This document shows positions 27,689-32,000 of a stretch of 32,000 bases of DNA, piece after piece. Position numbers and translations under genes: made by a program. The DNA is from Synechocystis sp. PCC 6803 substr. PCC-P (lineage in GTDB: Bacteria; Cyanobacteriota; Cyanobacteriia; Cyanobacteriales; Microcystaceae): positions 1,350,001 to 1,382,000 of the forward strand of contig NC_017039.1 in assembly GCF_000284455.1 (NCBI RefSeq), in the 5' to 3' direction. The notes under the pieces were generated by a model. That model saw only the letters and a list, made by a program, of their open reading frames with translations. It was not told the origin of the DNA and ran no database searches. Positions within the stretch are counted from its first letter, which is position 1. The number at the start of each line of letters is the position of its first letter.

Positions 27689-28738
27689 CTAAACTCCCCT
27701 AAAGCCCACATTTGTATCCATTGCTTCCCGGGAATTTAAAGGCTTTGAAGCTTGCTTATCTTTTGCTGTTTTCAGATTATCAATAAAACTTAGTATTGCC
27801 CCCAACAACAACAAGATTCCGCCTAAATACTGAGCGTTTGTGGGCGTTTCCAGCAAGATTAGATAGGCAAAAATAATCGCCAAAATAGGAGTTACTAGAC
27901 TTGCTAAGTTAATTTGAATAAAACTTGCATTTTTGAGACCGGCTAACCAAGCCACTTGACCAACAACGACAATAATAGCACCATAAATTAACATCCATCG
28001 CCATAAAATGGGAGAAGAAACATCCATAAAATGGTCAAATCCGTAAATAATAACTGCTATCCAAAAAAACACAAAAGTTCCCAGCAAACTACGATAAACA
28101 GTAAAAATACCTACGGGAATAGATTGTAATTGTTGCTTACTCAAAATTGTTGTGATTGCTGAAATAAAAGCGGCGATCGCCACAAAGCTTTCCCCCAAGC
28201 CAAAATCGAAATTTATCACCATATCAAGGGGATCAGCAACCCCCCAAAAAACCGTAACAGCGACTCCGACAAAGGAAATCAAGGTCGCCACCATGCTTAA
28301 CCAATTAACTGATATTTTCAGTAATAAAATACTTAAAATTAAGGTAAAAACTGGTTCCAGCCGTCCAATTAAAACCACATTTGTTACATTAGTTTTTTCC
28401 AAAGCACTGAACATTAATCCAGGGGCGATCGCCCTTGACAAAATGGCTGTAACAGTCAAAAGGAACCAATCTTTTCGGGTTAATTTTCTTAATTTATGAA
28501 GTTGCCAATCAGGGTGAAAAATTAAGATCATCAAACCCAAGGCGCATAAATTACCAACAAAGAGGACATTACAGAAGGAAATAGGATTCCGACCGTTGAT
28601 CTCATACGTTTTACCCAATTCAATAATACGACTAGTTACAGGATTGGCAGCCGAAAAAATAACAACGGCAAGGGCAAGATAAATTGGACTATGAACTTGT
28701 TTGAGAAAAGTCTGAAAGCCAGAAAAAACATGTTTCAT
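27689..28738 (-). CDS. DMT-superfamily (EamA-type) transporter, about 10 TM helices
   Basis: The 349-aa product is almost entirely hydrophobic helices arranged as two similar halves, as in EamA/DMT permeases. The C-terminal tail is hydrophilic. Confidence 0.75.
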   Translation of the reverse strand: MKHVFSGFQTFLKQVHSPIYLALAVVIFSAANPVTSRIIELGKTYEINGRNPISFCNVLFVGNLCALGLMILIFHPDWQLHKLRKLTRKDWFLLTVTAILSRAIAPGLMFSALEKTNVTNVVLIGRLEPVFTLILSILLLKISVNWLSMVATLISFVGVAVTVFWGVADPLDMVINFDFGLGESFVAIAAFISAITTILSKQQLQSIPVGIFTVYRSLLGTFVFFWIAVIIYGFDHFMDVSSPILWRWMLIYGAIIVVVGQVAWLAGLKNASFIQINLASLVTPILAIIFAYLILLETPTNAQYLGGILLLLGAILSFIDNLKTAKDKQASKPLNSREAMDTNVGFRGV

Positions 28739-28741
28739 TTA

Positions 28742-29095
28742 CTATGCTGATTCCTTTTGATAGCCAATGTGGGGAGCCGAATAGATAGAAACAAAAACTG
28801 CATTTTCCCGACCATGGTTAATTGCTCCGTGGACTTGATTTTTCTCGGCGATCGCCACTTCTCCTTGGTGCAAAATTTGACTTTGCCCATCCCCCAAACA
28901 GTAAGTTAAAGTACCTTTGAGCATCACCCAAGTGTCCTGACCATCGGGATGGGAATGGGGCTGAACAATCTGCTGAGGTTGAACGCCCCAAACCGCAATA
29001 CTAGAGTTTTCTGTCTCGATTACCGACGTTACCGTTGCCCCTTGCTCAGAAAAACAAGCAATTTGCTCTAGGTCAAAAATTCGTTGGCTATCCAT
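28742..29095 (-). CDS. Cupin-domain protein
   Basis: HSHPDGQDTWVMLKGTL ... GEVAIAEKNQVHGAINHG follows the two-motif cupin pattern (G-x5-H-x-H ... G-x5-P-x-G-x2-H-x3-N-like). The likely start is the ATG at 29093-29095. It lies 3 nt upstream of the DMT gene. Confidence 0.7.
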   Translation of the reverse strand: MDSQRIFDLEQIACFSEQGATVTSVIETENSSIAVWGVQPQQIVQPHSHPDGQDTWVMLKGTLTYCLGDGQSQILHQGEVAIAEKNQVHGAINHGRENAVFVSIYSAPHIGYQKESA

Positions 29096-29111
29096 TGCAA
29101 TAATCCTCTCT

Positions 29112-29819
29112 TTATTTGAACTGAGGACAGGTTTTACCGACGGAATCACATTGATAAATATAAGGCTTTTGCCAATGAAGTGGAATTTCCAGCAAATCCC
29201 TTGCCCCAGTTATGCCCTGACCAATAAAGAGCAATAAAGCGAAACTATTAATAATAATGTGGGCATTACGCCAACGATTTCGACGATCTTGATAAATATC
29301 TTGAATCGTAGCCACTGAAAAAATCATTAACAGCGCGGCTAAAATTCCATAATAAAAATGGGAGACAAGCCATTCATGGTCTCGACGATAAATTTCGGGC
29401 TGACAACCTAAGAGCACTAGTCCCATTCCCGTTAAGGTGGCAAAGATCCCCCGCCAAATTCTTGTTTTAGCTTGAAAAAGAAAGATGAAAGAAGTAATAC
29501 TTAAAATGAACAGCGCAATGATAAATAAAACCCGAAAAGGCTCTTCAGAAATTAGATTTTTATTAATAAACTTAGAAAAAATAGGATAGGCTAACCCTAG
29601 AAAAGTAACGCCCACCACCGCCATACTAAGATATCTTCCGATCGCCACGTGTTCGGTGCCAACGATGGGAGGAATTTTACTTTTCTCGCCCACCTTCATC
29701 GCCAAACGCCGTTCCCGGGTGAGTAAAGCACGGTTAAGCACAATGCCCAACAGAGGGAAAACCACAACCACGGCGATCGCCGGATGTAACAAAGCCCAGG
29801 TATCTTGAAAATCCATCAT
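29112..29819 (-). CDS. Polytopic membrane protein (DUF4079 / cytochrome b561-like, tentative)
   Basis: It has about 6 TM helices with conserved-looking His residues near helix ends (LLHPAIAV, SHFYYGIL, NAHIIINSF). The family name is from memory and has low certainty. Confidence 0.45.
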   Translation of the reverse strand: MMDFQDTWALLHPAIAVVVVFPLLGIVLNRALLTRERRLAMKVGEKSKIPPIVGTEHVAIGRYLSMAVVGVTFLGLAYPIFSKFINKNLISEEPFRVLFIIALFILSITSFIFLFQAKTRIWRGIFATLTGMGLVLLGCQPEIYRRDHEWLVSHFYYGILAALLMIFSVATIQDIYQDRRNRWRNAHIIINSFALLLFIGQGITGARDLLEIPLHWQKPYIYQCDSVGKTCPQFK

Positions 29820-29909
29820 AAAAATTAATCCCCGAGTTTATTAAACAATTTTTAAATAATTTAAGACTAAATATTTAAATTCTCTTTTTCCAGCAGAAAA
29901 AGGGATATT

Positions 29910-30917
29910 TTAAGAAGATTTTAGCCAAGAACCTGCAAATTTTTTAACAAATGTCAGAAGCCGTTGACGACGTGGAACAACCTCAACATCTTCGATAATG
30001 GGGGGAGTGCCTTGCATTGCCAAAATTTCATAGGCTTGCAGAGTAGTTTCTTTTTCTTTGAGGATGATTTGATTGCCGACCCTTGCCTGGTTCTTAATTA
30101 CCTGATAAACATCTTGGGAAACTAATAGTTGTGTTCCTTTTAGTTTGTTTGCTGATTCGAGAAGATTGACAATGGCGGCCACCTCACCTAGGGGCGTTAA
30201 TAGGGTAGATTGCGCCGCCACCAATGGAACAAAAACAACACTTCCAGAATGAATCCCCATACTTAAATTCAAGGGGCGATAGCGCATTTGATTTAATAAG
30301 GTATTTAATTCTTGAACTGATTTAAACATTTCCAAGGCTGCCCAAGTTGCCCTTTCTGCAGCAGAAACATCAAACTCCTTGAGACCAAAAGCAACCAACA
30401 TTTTTCGTCCCATGACGTTGGAAATTGTCCCTCCATATTTTTCAATAATTTTTTGCATTTGACTGAAATAGCGTCCCATAACATAGACAATATCGTAGGG
30501 AAAATTAACTTCATCAAAATTAGTTGCCCCACGAATATTAGCCATTAATAGGGCAACATTGCGCTCGGTATTGATTGCCCCCGTAGTTAATTGATGATCA
30601 ATTAAATCTATATCGCCCTCATCCAACACTAAACGACGGATAGTTGCTGAATTTGATAGTTTTGTTTGACACGCTAGACGGACGTGAAAGGGAAAATCTA
30701 ATTTTTTAGCAAGGGCTTGTTCGATACTGGTAGGAGGACTACAATTTTTTATACCATCTAGAACCATAATGCGGCAGGTTGAGCAATTGGCTTTCCCGCC
30801 GCACACACTTATGTGGGCAATATCACCCTTTAAAAGGGCATCCAAAATAGTCTCGTTTGAGTCAATTTCCAGTAATCGATTGTCGGGCAAACAGATAAGA
30901 GTCGGCACTTTATTCAC
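29910..30917 (-). CDS. [2Fe-2S] ferredoxin domain fused to a degenerate class III nucleotidyl-cyclase homology domain
   Basis: The N-terminus has the Cys pattern C-x5-C-x2-C...C (VCGGKANCSTCRIMV ... RLACQ). The C-terminal 200 aa align to the CHD fold (NVALLMANIRGATNF... YGGTISNVMGRKMLVAFG ... SMGIHSGSVV ... PLGEVAAIVNLLES). The canonical metal-binding Asp residues and the Asn/Arg are replaced. The start is a GTG. Confidence 0.65.
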   Translation of the reverse strand: MNKVPTLICLPDNRLLEIDSNETILDALLKGDIAHISVCGGKANCSTCRIMVLDGIKNCSPPTSIEQALAKKLDFPFHVRLACQTKLSNSATIRRLVLDEGDIDLIDHQLTTGAINTERNVALLMANIRGATNFDEVNFPYDIVYVMGRYFSQMQKIIEKYGGTISNVMGRKMLVAFGLKEFDVSAAERATWAALEMFKSVQELNTLLNQMRYRPLNLSMGIHSGSVVFVPLVAAQSTLLTPLGEVAAIVNLLESANKLKGTQLLVSQDVYQVIKNQARVGNQIILKEKETTLQAYEILAMQGTPPIIEDVEVVPRRQRLLTFVKKFAGSWLKSS

Positions 30918-31112
30918 GTTTAAATCTCTTAAATTTCCAGCAAGTCAGTGCTTTTTAATTACTTAAGTTAACTTATTAATCGCGTTTTGCTAATCAATCA
31001 GTTAGGTTAATTAATAGGCATTGCAGATCGAAGAAATAAAAACAAAATTGGTTATAAGTTTTGCTGGTTATATCCTAATTTTGCAACGCCTAAGATTAAA
31101 TTATTACTAATC

Positions 31113-31595
31113 TTAACCTTGCTCTTTCAAGCGAACCATTGCCGAACCAATGGGAATATCTCCATCGACACCCTCTAGCTTAGTGGTGACACGATAAAGA
31201 ACCCGTCCCCCCATTCGTGACATATCAATCCCCGATAATTGCAGTCTTACATAAGTATTAGCCTCAACCGGTTGGTTAAAGTCGATGGTTACTCCCCCAG
31301 GGGACACTTTTGTAGTGGTGGGAATTTCCTTGCCATTAGGATCAAAAGCTTTGACATCAATGGAACGCCCCATGTCAATGGGTAAACTAATGGTGGCCGA
31401 TTCTAAGGAAAATCCGGTAACGGCTAGGGTGATGTAGTGCATATTGCCGGCGGCTCCCACAAAACCAGAATCCGTGACAAAGGGAGTGGTAAAACGCATT
31501 ACCATTTGGGCTTGGGCTGGGAAATTAGCCAAGGGCAACAGAGCTACAGAAATAGCTAAAGCAGACAAAGAACTAACAAGGGGACGAATATTCAT
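31113..31595 (-). CDS. Secreted hypothetical protein (possibly DUF2808-like)
   Basis: The signal peptide MNIRPLVSSLSALAISVALLPLANFPAQA is clear. The mature part is beta-rich. The family assignment is uncertain. Confidence 0.5.
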   Translation of the reverse strand: MNIRPLVSSLSALAISVALLPLANFPAQAQMVMRFTTPFVTDSGFVGAAGNMHYITLAVTGFSLESATISLPIDMGRSIDVKAFDPNGKEIPTTTKVSPGGVTIDFNQPVEANTYVRLQLSGIDMSRMGGRVLYRVTTKLEGVDGDIPIGSAMVRLKEQG

Positions 31596-31629
31596 AGCGT
31601 TAAATTCCTTAAATTAGGAAAAAAATTAG

Positions 31630-32000
31630 TCAATTGCCAACAAAAAGAGACAGTAAAATGGCAATGGCATCCTCAGGTTCGTAGCGAACACGAAAGTCCA
31701 CATTGGCGTAAGCTAGGGCGATATGGCCGCGGCGATCAATTACAAATGTGGCCGGCACGGGTAATAACCATTCTTCGGTGCCATTGTGCTCAGGAATAAC
31801 ACAGCCTGATTGTAAATAAATTTGCTTAACAGCATCGGGAACGGTAAAAACTAATCCATAATCCTGAGCTGTTTGAAAACCACTGTCGCTGAGGAGATCG
31901 TAAGTCAAATCATGACGATCAATGGTTTTTTGAGAAGCAACTAGAGTTTGGGGAGAAATAGCCAGAATTGTCCCTCCCAATGCCCTAATTTTATTAACAA
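31630..32000 (-). CDS. AhpC/TSA (peroxiredoxin / thioredoxin-fold) family protein, C-terminal part; the 5' end lies beyond the right window edge
   Basis: ...ILAISPQTLVASQKTIDRHDLTYDLLSD ... PATFVIDRRGHIALAY is typical of the distal half of AhpC/TSA proteins. The frame stays open upstream of the track start to position 32000 (..VNKIRA-LGGTILAIS), so the gene is truncated by the window. Confidence 0.7.
   Translation of the reverse strand, partial: VNKIRALGGTILAISPQTLVASQKTIDRHDLTYDLLSDSGFQTAQDYGLVFTVPDAVKQIYLQSGCVIPEHNGTEEWLLPVPATFVIDRRGHIALAYANVDFRVRYEPEDAIAILLSLFVGN

Noticed and set aside
1-32000. Search for tRNA, rRNA, tmRNA or RNase P-type genes, IS elements and integrases
   Set aside because: I saw no GTTCGAATC-type T-loop with a matching acceptor stem, no rRNA-like conserved blocks, and no transposase or integrase motifs (DDE, or the R-H-R-Y tyrosine-recombinase motif) in any translated ORF. 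A covariance-model scan (tRNAscan-SE/Infernal) would be needed to exclude small ncRNAs.

Overview
This 32 kb window is a cyanobacterial chromosome segment. The octamer GCGATCGC (HIP1) recurs about 30 times, and the gene content and order look like Synechocystis. The backbone is ordinary housekeeping: dnaA (5' part), purT, a GHMP sugar kinase, a TldD-like protease, mnmA, a GH13 amylase-family enzyme, an ABC-F ATPase, an EgtD-like methyltransferase, pyrF, a TPR protein, an LptC-like lipoprotein and mutS. I found no rRNA, tRNA, CRISPR array, transposase or integrase. Two AT-rich, HIP1-poor accessory segments stand out. (1) About 15.8-19.8 kb holds a small HNH endonuclease facing away from an operon. 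The operon encodes an 812-aa dynamin-family GTPase and three tandem small paralogs (KGK-like). All three paralogs end in the nearly invariant tail EFIPDE...SPLDEIRRE. The segment abuts a Ser/Thr kinase gene cut off after its N-lobe. (2) 24.4-27.6 kb is a single, very AT-rich 1064-aa ORF between mutS and a DMT transporter. It combines a helical N-terminus, a possible beta-sandwich, a STAND/AAA-type P-loop NTPase and a C-terminal phosphoribosyltransferase-like (PRPP-loop) domain. Both segments are candidate uncharacterised conflict or defence modules. A third point of interest is a co-directional, redox-flavoured cluster at 27.7-32 kb. It includes a [2Fe-2S] ferredoxin fused to a class III cyclase-homology domain whose catalytic residues all appear substituted. 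All domain calls come from reading motifs in the supplied translations; no searches were run.
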